Virus record (IMG/VR): IMGVR_UViG_3300020431_000026
Coordinates: 1-28,563 of that record
DNA: 28,563 bases
Strand: one strand, 5' to 3'
Origin: a virus
Lineage: Duplodnaviria; Caudoviricetes
The notes beneath the pieces are model-generated. The model searched no databases. It worked only from the letters and a program-made list of their open reading frames with translations, and was not told where the DNA came from. The position numbers and the translations under genes were made by a program. Shown here piece by piece: positions 17,516 through 25,053 of the stretch; positions within the stretch are counted from its first letter, which is position 1, and the number at the start of each line of letters is the position of its first letter.

Positions 17516-18448
17516 ATGTCAAAGTTACAAGTTGATGATATTGTAAATAAAGATGACACTGGTTCTGCTGGATTCTCCAAAGGTATAGTTGTAACTGGTG
17601 TAACTACTTCAACATCATTTAGTGGTACTCTGACTGGTAATGTCACTGGTAATATCACTGGTAATGCAGACACTGCAACAGTTGCAACTAATGCTCAAGG
17701 ATTAACTGGAACTCCTAGTATCACAGTAAATGGAGTTACTGCATCTACATTGAGTGGTAATGGTGCAAGTATTACAAACATTGATGCTGGTAATATAGCA
17801 ACTGGTATTGTTACTACTGCAAGACTTGGTGGTGGTACTGCAAATGCAACTACATTCTTAAATGGTGAAGGTCAATTTGCAGAAGCAGGTGGTGGTTCTT
17901 GGACATACTTAGCAACTGTGACTGCTAGTAACTCTGCAACTATAGAGTTTACATCCAATATTGATAGTACATATGATACATATGCTTTTGTGGGATCTCA
18001 TTTAATACCCACGGTAGATTCCTCTTTCTTATTAATGCAGTATTATGATAGTGGTGGATCTTGGGTCCAACAGTCTTACGGTGGTGCTTTGTTTGGAAAT
18101 TCTGGAAACAGCATGGTTGCTGAGGGAATTACACCTTCAGCAGTAGACTACTTCAAAACAACCCACCTGAACGGTAACGCTGGTGTTTCCAACTTGACAG
18201 CACGTGGTGGAGTAAGTTTTGTATATTATGTTTTTAATCCTTCAAATACCACTTACTATACACATGCATTAGGACAACTTTCAACTATGCCCTCTTCGGG
18301 CGTGACAGCTGACGGCGCAACATTTAATTTTTCTCATGTATTCCATAGAACACAGGCTGTTACTGGAGTGAGATTTAGGGTTGATAATACCACATCTGGA
18401 AATATAGTAAGTGGGACTGTTAGAATGTACGGAATTAAAAATTCTTAA
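17516..18448 (+). CDS. Tail-fibre protein with C-terminal beta-sandwich tip (310 aa)
   Basis: MSKLQVDDI start, GNVTGN repeats, ARLG.GTA...TFL.G knob, Gly linker, then W..LATVTAS.SATIEF...IDSTYD.Y...GTVRMYG domain. Confidence 0.75.
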   Translation: MSKLQVDDIVNKDDTGSAGFSKGIVVTGVTTSTSFSGTLTGNVTGNITGNADTATVATNAQGLTGTPSITVNGVTASTLSGNGASITNIDAGNIATGIVTTARLGGGTANATTFLNGEGQFAEAGGGSWTYLATVTASNSATIEFTSNIDSTYDTYAFVGSHLIPTVDSSFLLMQYYDSGGSWVQQSYGGALFGNSGNSMVAEGITPSAVDYFKTTHLNGNAGVSNLTARGGVSFVYYVFNPSNTTYYTHALGQLSTMPSSGVTADGATFNFSHVFHRTQAVTGVRFRVDNTTSGNIVSGTVRMYGIKNS

Positions 18449-18460
18449 GGAGGATATTCC

Positions 18461-18754
18461 ATGACAAGATACAAAGCAACACCAGAAGGAAACATTCCAT
18501 TTACTGCTGAAGAAGAAGCAGAATTTGATCAAATGGTGGCCAATGCTCAAGCTGCAGAACCTGCCAGAAAGTCTGCAGAAGTCAGAGGAGATAGAGATAA
18601 CCTTCTGTCTGAATCTGATTGGGTTGTAATTAAGGCAAAAGAAACATCTACTAATGTTTCTGCTGCTTGGAAAACATATCGTCAGGAACTGAGAGATATC
18701 TCAGCTCAGGCAGGATTTCCCAATACTATCACCTGGCCAACCAAACCATCCTGA
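18461..18754 (+). CDS. Phage tail-assembly-chaperone-like protein (97 aa)
   Basis: R..RD.LL..SDW...W..YRQELRDI..Q.GFP..I.WP..P; AAGGAGG ribosome-binding site. Confidence 0.85.
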   Translation: MTRYKATPEGNIPFTAEEEAEFDQMVANAQAAEPARKSAEVRGDRDNLLSESDWVVIKAKETSTNVSAAWKTYRQELRDISAQAGFPNTITWPTKPS

Positions 18755-18820
18755 TAGACTGAAACATTTAAAAAAACTTTTTACTTTAGTCTTTCATTAT
18801 TAGATTTATAATAATTAGAC

Positions 18821-18830
18821 TAAATAAATA
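18821..18830 (+). promoter_or_regulatory. Probable late promoter (cTAAATAAATA)
   Basis: Two overlapping TAAATA cores upstream of ATG 18850. Confidence 0.6.
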
Positions 18831-18849
18831 TATAAAAAATCATAAAGTT

Positions 18850-19512
18850 ATGTCCAGAGTTAGAGCCGATAGATTAACCAATAAGGAAGGTACTGGAGCT
18901 CCAACTTTCCCCAATGGTGCTGTGATTACTGGCGTTGCTACTGCCACTACTTTTGATGGTACAGCGACAACAGCGACAACAGCAACCACAGCAACTAGTG
19001 CCCAAGGATTAACTGGAACACCTAATATTGTAGTTGGTTCAGTAACAGGAACCACAGGAACCTTTAGTGGTAATGTTTCTATTGGAGGAACTCTTACTTA
19101 TGAAGATGTTACCAATGTAGATTCAGTTGGTGTTATAACTGCAAGAAATGGTCTTATTGTCACTGCTGGTATTTCTACATTGGGTGCAGGAGTAAGTCTA
19201 ACTGGACCTTATAAAGAAAACATCACTGAAGTTAGTTTATTGGAGATTGATTGTTCACAGGGAAACTATTTTAAAAAGACTATTGCTGGTATTAGCACAT
19301 TCACATTTGCAAATGTACCAACAGGTTGTGCATATGCATTCACACTAGAACTGACACATACAAGTGGAACTGTTGCTTGGCCAACATCAGTTAAGTTCCC
19401 GGCAGATACTGCACCGACCCTAACAGCAGGTAAGACACATCTCTTCATGTTCTCTACATCAACAGGTGGCACTAGATTTAGAGGTTCAACACTAGTAGAT
19501 TACGTTAATTGA
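18850..19512 (+). CDS. Short fibre/stalk protein with C-terminal adaptor domain (220 aa)
   Basis: MSRVRADRL start, shared neck motif, C-terminal IDCSQGNYF.KTI...FTF.N.P....FTLEL....WP.SVK.P..TAPTL. Confidence 0.75.
   Translation: MSRVRADRLTNKEGTGAPTFPNGAVITGVATATTFDGTATTATTATTATSAQGLTGTPNIVVGSVTGTTGTFSGNVSIGGTLTYEDVTNVDSVGVITARNGLIVTAGISTLGAGVSLTGPYKENITEVSLLEIDCSQGNYFKKTIAGISTFTFANVPTGCAYAFTLELTHTSGTVAWPTSVKFPADTAPTLTAGKTHLFMFSTSTGGTRFRGSTLVDYVN
18961..18996 (+). repeat. 9-bp coding minisatellite (Thr-Ala-Thr x4)
   Basis: acagcgaca acagcgaca acagcaacc acagcaact. Confidence 0.75.
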
Positions 19513-19513
19513 T

Positions 19514-21466
19514 ATGAGTAACTTAACAAGAGCAATGATGATGGGTGCTGCAGGAACAGCATCTGATCCAACTTACGTTGATGATGTTTTTAGTACGTTT
19601 TTGCCCCCAACCGCAACATCTGACCAACCATTGAACATTGATAATGGTATTGATTTAGCTGGTGAAGGTGGACTGGTTTGGCTTAAAAGAAGGAATGGTA
19701 CTCCTGGTACTTTCACACAACATGTTTTATTTGATAGTGAAAGAAATGCTAATAACGGACTACTCTTGCCAAGCACTGGAGGTGAAAGTATACTAAACGG
19801 ACCTCCATACTCAAATTCCTTTGACAGTGATGGTTTTACTTGGGGAGCTGAAAACAATTTTCACCCTACAGGAGCAGATTATGCCTCATGGACATTCCGC
19901 AAAGCGCCTGGTTTCTTTGATATAGTCACTTATTCCGGGGATTCTAATGACCAAGTACTCAACCATTCTCTTGGAAGCATACCTGGTTGTATAATTATTA
20001 AAGCTTATTCTGCTGTGAACCCAGCTACTGCCACTGGTGATTGGTCAGTTTACCACAGAGGTTTGACAAATGCTGGAGCTAATTATTCAATTAAGTTGAA
20101 CGATCCTGGAGGGGAGGTCAACATGGGGGGGTTGGTAGCAACTGACTCTACGTTTACTCTATATGACACAACAGCTGTAAATACCACTGGTGTCACATAC
20201 GTCGCCTACATCTTTGCCCATGACGATGCACAGTTTGGCACGGGTGGCGATGAGAGCATTATTAAATGTGGGAGTTTTACAGGCGGCGGCGCAGGAGGTT
20301 ATACTGAATCAGTAGGGTTTGAACCTCAATGGTTATTAGCTAAAAGAAGCGACGGCCCTGCAGATTGGTTCTTAATTGATAATATGCGTGGGTTCTATCC
20401 ACCAGATACTGACTCAGCAAACCTAAGACCTAATACCAATAATGATGAAAATACAGGTTCGTTTCATCTAACATCAGACGGTTTTCATTACAGCTCAAGT
20501 TCTCTTTCCTATATCTACATAGCAATCCGCCGTCCGAACAAACCGATAACTTCTGGTACTGAAGTGTTTAAAGCTATTATTGGTAGTGATGCAAATGCCA
20601 TGAGTACTGGTTTCACTGTTGATATGAATTGGTGGGGACCTCCAGTCACAAGCGTGTGGAATCTTGCATCTATAGATAGATTTAGAAATCGTAATTTGCT
20701 TGTAACAAGTAATGCCGATCCGGATTCTAACCAGCTGTCTCAGGACCCCTTTGATACAAACGATGGTGTAAATGCAAGATCTTTTCATTACAACGCTGGG
20801 GGAATTAATTATTTTTTCAGACGTGCTCCAGGTTTCTTTGATATGATTTGTTATAAAGGAACAAACTCAGCACGCGCACAAAAACACAATTTAGAGGCAG
20901 TTCCTGAATTTATAATTTTTAAAAACAGAGATGATTCAGCTTCAGGCGTAACCTATTGGACCTGCTGGCATAAAGACCTTACAGAAACTAATCCATACAT
21001 ATTTTTAAATCAAGATTCTGCTGAAGGTGATTTTGGTGGGAATTGGTTTGGCGCTCCTTCATCCACTGATTTTTATCTAGGCAATGTAGTATCGACTTCA
21101 TACTATAACTCTTTAAGTATTAACTATGTCGCCTACCTCTTCGCAACCCTAAATGGTGTATCCAAAGTAGGAAGTTATGATGGAAATACTGGTAATGCTA
21201 TTAATGTTGACTGTGGATTTCTAGCAGGTGCAAGATTTGTTCTAATTAAACGTATTAATAATGGTGCTGGTAGTTGGTACGTTTACGACACAGTACGAGG
21301 CATTGCTAGTGGTGATGATCCTTACCTTTTACTTGATACAACAGCAGCATGGGTAACAAACACTGATTACATTGATCCATTGGATTCTGGATTTACAGTT
21401 ACTTCATCAGCACCAGTTGGTCTAAGTGAAACTGGTAGTAAATATCTCTTCCTTGCTATTGCATAA
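19514..21466 (+). CDS. Large fibre-tip/virion protein with internal repeats (650 aa)
   Basis: MSNLTRAMMMGAAG start; two copies of FR(K/R)APGFFD...Y.G....H.L...P..II.K...W...H...YVAY.FA; followed by a chaperone gene. Confidence 0.7.
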   Translation: MSNLTRAMMMGAAGTASDPTYVDDVFSTFLPPTATSDQPLNIDNGIDLAGEGGLVWLKRRNGTPGTFTQHVLFDSERNANNGLLLPSTGGESILNGPPYSNSFDSDGFTWGAENNFHPTGADYASWTFRKAPGFFDIVTYSGDSNDQVLNHSLGSIPGCIIIKAYSAVNPATATGDWSVYHRGLTNAGANYSIKLNDPGGEVNMGGLVATDSTFTLYDTTAVNTTGVTYVAYIFAHDDAQFGTGGDESIIKCGSFTGGGAGGYTESVGFEPQWLLAKRSDGPADWFLIDNMRGFYPPDTDSANLRPNTNNDENTGSFHLTSDGFHYSSSSLSYIYIAIRRPNKPITSGTEVFKAIIGSDANAMSTGFTVDMNWWGPPVTSVWNLASIDRFRNRNLLVTSNADPDSNQLSQDPFDTNDGVNARSFHYNAGGINYFFRRAPGFFDMICYKGTNSARAQKHNLEAVPEFIIFKNRDDSASGVTYWTCWHKDLTETNPYIFLNQDSAEGDFGGNWFGAPSSTDFYLGNVVSTSYYNSLSINYVAYLFATLNGVSKVGSYDGNTGNAINVDCGFLAGARFVLIKRINNGAGSWYVYDTVRGIASGDDPYLLLDTTAAWVTNTDYIDPLDSGFTVTSSAPVGLSETGSKYLFLAIA

Positions 21467-21469
21467 TAT

Positions 21470-21928
21470 ATGGAACTAAGAGTTAGAGAAACTGGTGAAG
21501 TAATCAGTGAAAGAGATTTATATTATAAGTATCCAAATATCTCTTTCCCTAAACCATTGACACCATATGTTTTAGATTCATATGGTATTGATTCAGTTCT
21601 TGAGGGCCCTCAACCACGAGTTACTCCACCATATGAAACTGCTGTGAGACAAGGTGTTGAGGAGATTAAGGGTAAGTGGTTTACTAAGTATGTGATTGGT
21701 CCTATCTTCACTAATCAAGAAGAAGAGGACTCATATAGATTAAGGATTGACACTAAAGCATCTGAGGGTATTAGAAATACTAGAAATAGTTTAATATCAA
21801 AATCTGATTGGATGGGTTGTTCTGATGTTGTTATGAGTGATGAGTGGAAAGAGTATCGTCAAGAACTAAGAGACATCACAACTCAAGAAGGTTTTCCACA
21901 TAATATAGAGTGGCCTGAAGAACCATGA
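21470..21928 (+). CDS. Phage tail-assembly-chaperone-like protein (152 aa)
   Basis: C-terminal RN.L...SDW....W..YRQELRDIT.Q.GFP..I.WP..P; N-terminal PNISFP extension. Confidence 0.85.
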   Translation: MELRVRETGEVISERDLYYKYPNISFPKPLTPYVLDSYGIDSVLEGPQPRVTPPYETAVRQGVEEIKGKWFTKYVIGPIFTNQEEEDSYRLRIDTKASEGIRNTRNSLISKSDWMGCSDVVMSDEWKEYRQELRDITTQEGFPHNIEWPEEP

Positions 21929-21935
21929 CCACCTT

Positions 21936-22018
21936 ATAAACTGTCCACTCAAGACCCTACAGGAAACTGTGGGGTCTTATAGTAGGTACATACAAGACAT
22001 AGGGGGTATGACCACTAC
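21936..22018 (+). repeat. 83-bp direct repeat, copy 2 (early promoter motif, stem-loop, SD)
   Basis: 82/83 identical to 17347..17429; contains AACTGTCCAC, a 12-bp stem with GAAA loop, TATAGT and AGGGGGT-ATG. Confidence 0.95.
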
Positions 22019-22106
22019 TCACAAACTAATCTTTATAGCATCTTTTATATGGATGATGCAATGGGGAACTCGTATAACTTTGCTTGCTATCAATGCACTT
22101 AATTGA
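22008..22106 (+). CDS. Small hydrophobic protein MTTTHKLIFIASFIWMMQWGTRITLLAINALN (32 aa; not in the ORF track)
   Basis: G-rich SD-like sequence before ATG 22008; overlaps the next start at 22093. Confidence 0.6.
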   Translation: MTTTHKLIFIASFIWMMQWGTRITLLAINALN

Positions 22107-22425
22107 AACATACCCACCAGGGTCTGAGATTGCCTGTAGCAGTGTTGTAGAATGGTTTCTAATGGAATACCTTTCTGACTGGAGTCTAGACCTTACAGTA
22201 GAACATATAGACCTCTCAGATGAGGGTGCAACTGGTTGGTGTATGAAACTAGGAATATGTGAATTTGTCATTCAAATTCATAAAGATCTTGAAGGTGATG
22301 AATACACTTCAACTATCTTACATGAACTATATCATGTCTATCAACATTTGAATAACCTACCTCAGTGTGAAATCTGTGCTTATCAAGCAGAGAAACAACT
22401 ACTTGACAGGTATCAAAAACTCTGA
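22093..22425 (+). CDS. HExxH zincin-like hypothetical protein (probable start ATG 22093)
   Basis: TILHELYHVYQH followed by a downstream E.CA. Confidence 0.7.
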   Translation: MHLIETYPPGSEIACSSVVEWFLMEYLSDWSLDLTVEHIDLSDEGATGWCMKLGICEFVIQIHKDLEGDEYTSTILHELYHVYQHLNNLPQCEICAYQAEKQLLDRYQKL

Positions 22426-22431
22426 TAGACT
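22403..22431 (+). promoter_or_regulatory. Sigma70-type promoter
   Basis: TTGACA (22403-22408), 17-nt spacer ending TGA, TAGACT (22426-22431). Confidence 0.7.
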
Positions 22432-22475
22432 AGGTTTGTCCTGGATGAAAGATTAATTACGCGTTCTATTAAACT

Positions 22476-22667
22476 ATGAAGACTAAATTTGTCACTGTGA
22501 AACCCAAGAGTAGAAAAGCAAAGAATCGTTTTTCTAATTTGATGAATGAACTTCATTCTTGTAGGGTAGAAAAAGAAGACCAAGAGAAGATGTTTTTATC
22601 ATCTATCAGTGGTAACTACTTTTTTTGGATGAATAAGGAAACAGATGTAAATTGGGAATTAATTTGA
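22476..22667 (+). CDS. Hypothetical protein (63 aa)
   Basis: ORF downstream of the promoter; its stop overlaps the next ATG. Confidence 0.7.
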   Translation: MKTKFVTVKPKSRKAKNRFSNLMNELHSCRVEKEDQEKMFLSSISGNYFFWMNKETDVNWELI

Positions 22668-23020
22668 TGACTATTAGTTACAACAAAACCTGGGAAGTAA
22701 TGAATGGTCTTGAAGAATCATTCAATAGGATTACTACTATTAGTCAATTGGCTGAGGATTTAGTAGAAGCAGTCAACAATGATGATAGGCAATCAATTGT
22801 TGACTTGTCTCATGCTCTTAATGCTTATGTTCCTGTCTATATTAGTCAGTATGATAAAGCATCAAAGCGTGCTTGGAATAATACAGTAGGGGAAGTTCGT
22901 AAGATAGATAATCCATATCATGCAAAGAATGATTCTCTAATATCAGAAGATGTTAAATATCAGGAAAGTGAAGCATGCTTCGAAGCATTATCACATTATA
23001 ATAACCCAGACTTCTCCTAA
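22667..23020 (+). CDS. Hypothetical helical protein (probable start ATG 22667)
   Basis: TGATG translational coupling; MTISYNKTWEVMN... Confidence 0.7.
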   Translation: MTISYNKTWEVMNGLEESFNRITTISQLAEDLVEAVNNDDRQSIVDLSHALNAYVPVYISQYDKASKRAWNNTVGEVRKIDNPYHAKNDSLISEDVKYQESEACFEALSHYNNPDFS

Positions 23021-23029
23021 GAGTAACTC

Positions 23030-23191
23030 ATGACACTGCCTTCCAATACAAAAATTATCAAACAAGAAGTAGATTCTATTGAAAATGCTGTTGAGGATGC
23101 AGATATCAGAGCAATTCACCCTGATAAATTAGAAACATTTGCTGCCCACCTTGTCAATAAATTAAAAAATGAGCATTCATCACAAACTTGA
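23030..23191 (+). CDS. Hypothetical protein (53 aa; not in the ORF track)
   Basis: MTLPSNTKIIKQEVDSIENAVEDADIRAIHPDKLETFAAHLV...; fills the gap on the + strand. Confidence 0.6.
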   Translation: MTLPSNTKIIKQEVDSIENAVEDADIRAIHPDKLETFAAHLVNKLKNEHSSQT

Positions 23192-23294
23192 GAATATTGA
23201 AGTAACTGACATTGACGATTTTCTAGCAGAGTGTCAATCAAAAGCAGATGAACTGGGTGTGACACTTGAATACTATCTTGAAGAGTTCCTATGA
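23169..23294 (+). CDS. Small acidic hypothetical protein (41 aa; not in the ORF track)
   Basis: MSIHHKLENIEVTDIDDFLAECQSKADELGVTLEYYLEEFL; ATGA overlap with the next ORF. Confidence 0.6.
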   Translation: MSIHHKLENIEVTDIDDFLAECQSKADELGVTLEYYLEEFL

Positions 23295-23461
23295 ATGAAG
23301 AGGAAAAATTATTCACTGCCATCCATCAAGTGGATAATTTAGTCTCCTTATTGGATGGCAATGAGTATCAAAACTATATCTTTTCTAAACTATCTTCCAT
23401 CAAATATGAACTAGAAAGACAGTTGACTAATTTAAAACAATCAAGTAAAATTAAGGAGTAA
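23291..23461 (+). CDS. Hypothetical protein (56 aa; not in the ORF track)
   Basis: MNEEEKLFTAIHQVDNLVSLLDGNEYQNYIFSKLSSIKYELERQLTN...; coupled start. Confidence 0.6.
   Translation: MNEEEKLFTAIHQVDNLVSLLDGNEYQNYIFSKLSSIKYELERQLTNLKQSSKIKE
23423..23451 (+). promoter_or_regulatory. Sigma70-type promoter
   Basis: TTGACT (23423-23428), 17-nt spacer, TAAAAT (23446-23451), upstream of ATG 23475. Confidence 0.7.
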
Positions 23462-23474
23462 CTTTTAAGGACTA

Positions 23475-23714
23475 ATGGCAAAGTTTTTGTATGTTGTAGA
23501 TCATTTCATTGGTTTTCCAAGAAGTGAATATGGTGGAATTTGGAATGTAATTGCTGAAAGTGATGAGCAATGCTTTGACATTATTGTCTCAGAAGATGAT
23601 GAATTAAATCTTGGTTACTATAGTAAACTGAGGGAGAACATTAAAAATTCTTCTAAATATCAACTGTTACAAGATGATATTCATACTAAAGTAGTTTCAT
23701 CCTTTATCACATAA
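23475..23714 (+). CDS. Hypothetical protein (79 aa)
   Basis: AAGGA ribosome-binding site; FP.SEYGG.W.VIA motif. Confidence 0.7.
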   Translation: MAKFLYVVDHFIGFPRSEYGGIWNVIAESDEQCFDIIVSEDDELNLGYYSKLRENIKNSSKYQLLQDDIHTKVVSSFIT

Positions 23715-23718
23715 AATT

Positions 23719-23949
23719 ATGTCACAACCACGCCAAAAAGATCCATCAGATCCACTTTATGATGCAAATGATAAGTGGAATGAGTATAAAGTAGAACTTC
23801 ATTGCAATGAAACACATTCACCTGATGAATGGGATCCTACTACAGAGGGTAAGATTGCTAATCCAGAGAATCGTCACCAAGATAAGGTGTTAGATAAGTT
23901 CTGTGATGATCACCCTGGTTCACCTATGTGCAAAGTGTTTGATGACTGA
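23719..23949 (+). CDS. CP12-like protein (76 aa, divergent)
   Basis: Acidic and likely disordered; ends LDKFCDDHPGSPMCKVFDD, matching the CP12 C-terminal C-x8-C-xx-(Y/F)-DD motif. Confidence 0.7.
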   Translation: MSQPRQKDPSDPLYDANDKWNEYKVELHCNETHSPDEWDPTTEGKIANPENRHQDKVLDKFCDDHPGSPMCKVFDD

Positions 23950-24106
23950 TAAAGAAAAAGCAGCACTAGGACTCATGATTGAAAGTGTATTAAAACCTGA
24001 TTCAAAACTACGTGGTTGTGCTCACAATCAACTATGTTTTGATGAATTGATGGAATGGCGTCAAAAAATTCTTGATATGCTTTATAATTATGAAAAAGAA
24101 AGTTAA
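23942..24106 (+). CDS. Hypothetical protein (probable start ATG 23942)
   Basis: MTDKEKAALGLMIESVLKPD...; overlaps the upstream stop. Confidence 0.65.
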   Translation: MTDKEKAALGLMIESVLKPDSKLRGCAHNQLCFDELMEWRQKILDMLYNYEKES

Positions 24107-24329
24107 ATTATCCTATTACCAAACAGATCAAGTGTTTGGTAATTATGACATTATGTTTCCTCAGACAGAGGAAGTAAATGAAAGTGTGGTAGAATTTGAT
24201 GGAGATGTGGAACTGAAAGAGTATTTCAATCAGTTTGTGCATTGGTTAACTGAGATTGGTTTCAGTAAAACTGAAATTCATGCTCAAATTACTCGTTATT
24301 GTCATTATCAAGATGAAATTACCCCATGA
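24090..24329 (+). CDS. Hypothetical protein (probable start ATG 24090)
   Basis: ORF tiles with its neighbours. Confidence 0.6.
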   Translation: MKKKVKLSYYQTDQVFGNYDIMFPQTEEVNESVVEFDGDVELKEYFNQFVHWLTEIGFSKTEIHAQITRYCHYQDEITP

Positions 24330-24585
24330 CGCTCCAAAAGGATTTGAGTATTGGATTGATGATCACAACAAGACAATCAAAAGAATTTGGATACGCAATT
24401 TAAGTAATTTCTCATATACTAGTGAAAACCCTAGTAGTATATGGGGTTTTTATAATACAAAGAAAGAAGAATTTATTGCTCCTATCAACTCTAAGAAACC
24501 AGGTAAAGTAGTCAACATCAAAGATACTACTCCTTATAGTGCAATGAAGAAGAATATTAACCCATTGATGGCAGCATTTCTATGA
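24313..24585 (+). CDS. Hypothetical protein (probable start ATG 24313)
   Basis: MKLPHDAPKGFEY...IWGFY...PINSKKPGK.V....TTPYSAM. Confidence 0.7.
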   Translation: MKLPHDAPKGFEYWIDDHNKTIKRIWIRNLSNFSYTSENPSSIWGFYNTKKEEFIAPINSKKPGKVVNIKDTTPYSAMKKNINPLMAAFL

Positions 24586-24839
24586 GTACATATATTCCAA
24601 AACTTCATGACTATGTAATATGGACACGTAGTACTGGTAGTATAACTCAAGGTTGGGTATATTTTGTTGATGAAGAGTATATTACTATTGAAACAGCAGT
24701 TAGAGATAAACCCAATTGTGAGTATACAATAAATGAAAAGCACAAAAAGATTCATACCTTGGTGGTATGTCACAATATATATTGGAATCAGTTAGAATAT
24801 TTGAAAGAAAGGTCAGACTATTATGATGAAATGCATTGA
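24582..24839 (+). CDS. Hypothetical protein (85 aa)
   Basis: ATGA overlap; GWVYFV..EYITIE motif. Confidence 0.7.
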   Translation: MSTYIPKLHDYVIWTRSTGSITQGWVYFVDEEYITIETAVRDKPNCEYTINEKHKKIHTLVVCHNIYWNQLEYLKERSDYYDEMH

Positions 24840-25035
24840 ACAATCAGATCCAAGATACTTTCAAACTTCTTGTAATAAGTTATATGACAGGCATACATAT
24901 AATATAGTATTCTCAAATGGTCAGTCTGAGAATTATAATTCATGGGAAGAAGTGCAAGTAAGATGGTTTCAAACACCTACACAATTCTTATCACATGTTG
25001 ATATCCTTGACATAAACAAGGGTTTCAAGTCTTAA
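24823..25035 (+). CDS. Hypothetical protein (70 aa)
   Basis: Overlapping-gene packing; YDRH.Y motif. Confidence 0.65.
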   Translation: MMKCIEQSDPRYFQTSCNKLYDRHTYNIVFSNGQSENYNSWEEVQVRWFQTPTQFLSHVDILDINKGFKS

Positions 25036-25053
25036 ATTAACATAGGTATTAAA

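Noticed and set aside
18787-18822. Imperfect inverted repeat TAGTCT...AGACTA before the late promoter
   Set aside because: Short AT-rich arms with bulges; likely chance or at most a weak terminator
772-20788. Many alternative-frame and minus-strand ORFs (VVEVV-, PPPP- or HHH-rich) overlapping the long genes
   Set aside because: Shadow frames of GGT/GGA/ACT-rich codons; they lack ribosome-binding sites or promoters and lie within better-supported + strand genes
17347-22018. CRISPR array or IS/transposon ends
   Set aside because: Only two direct copies 4.6 kb apart; no spacers, cas genes, transposase or terminal inverted repeats
25007-25038. TTGACA as a -35 box
   Set aside because: No acceptable -10 at 16-18 nt spacing
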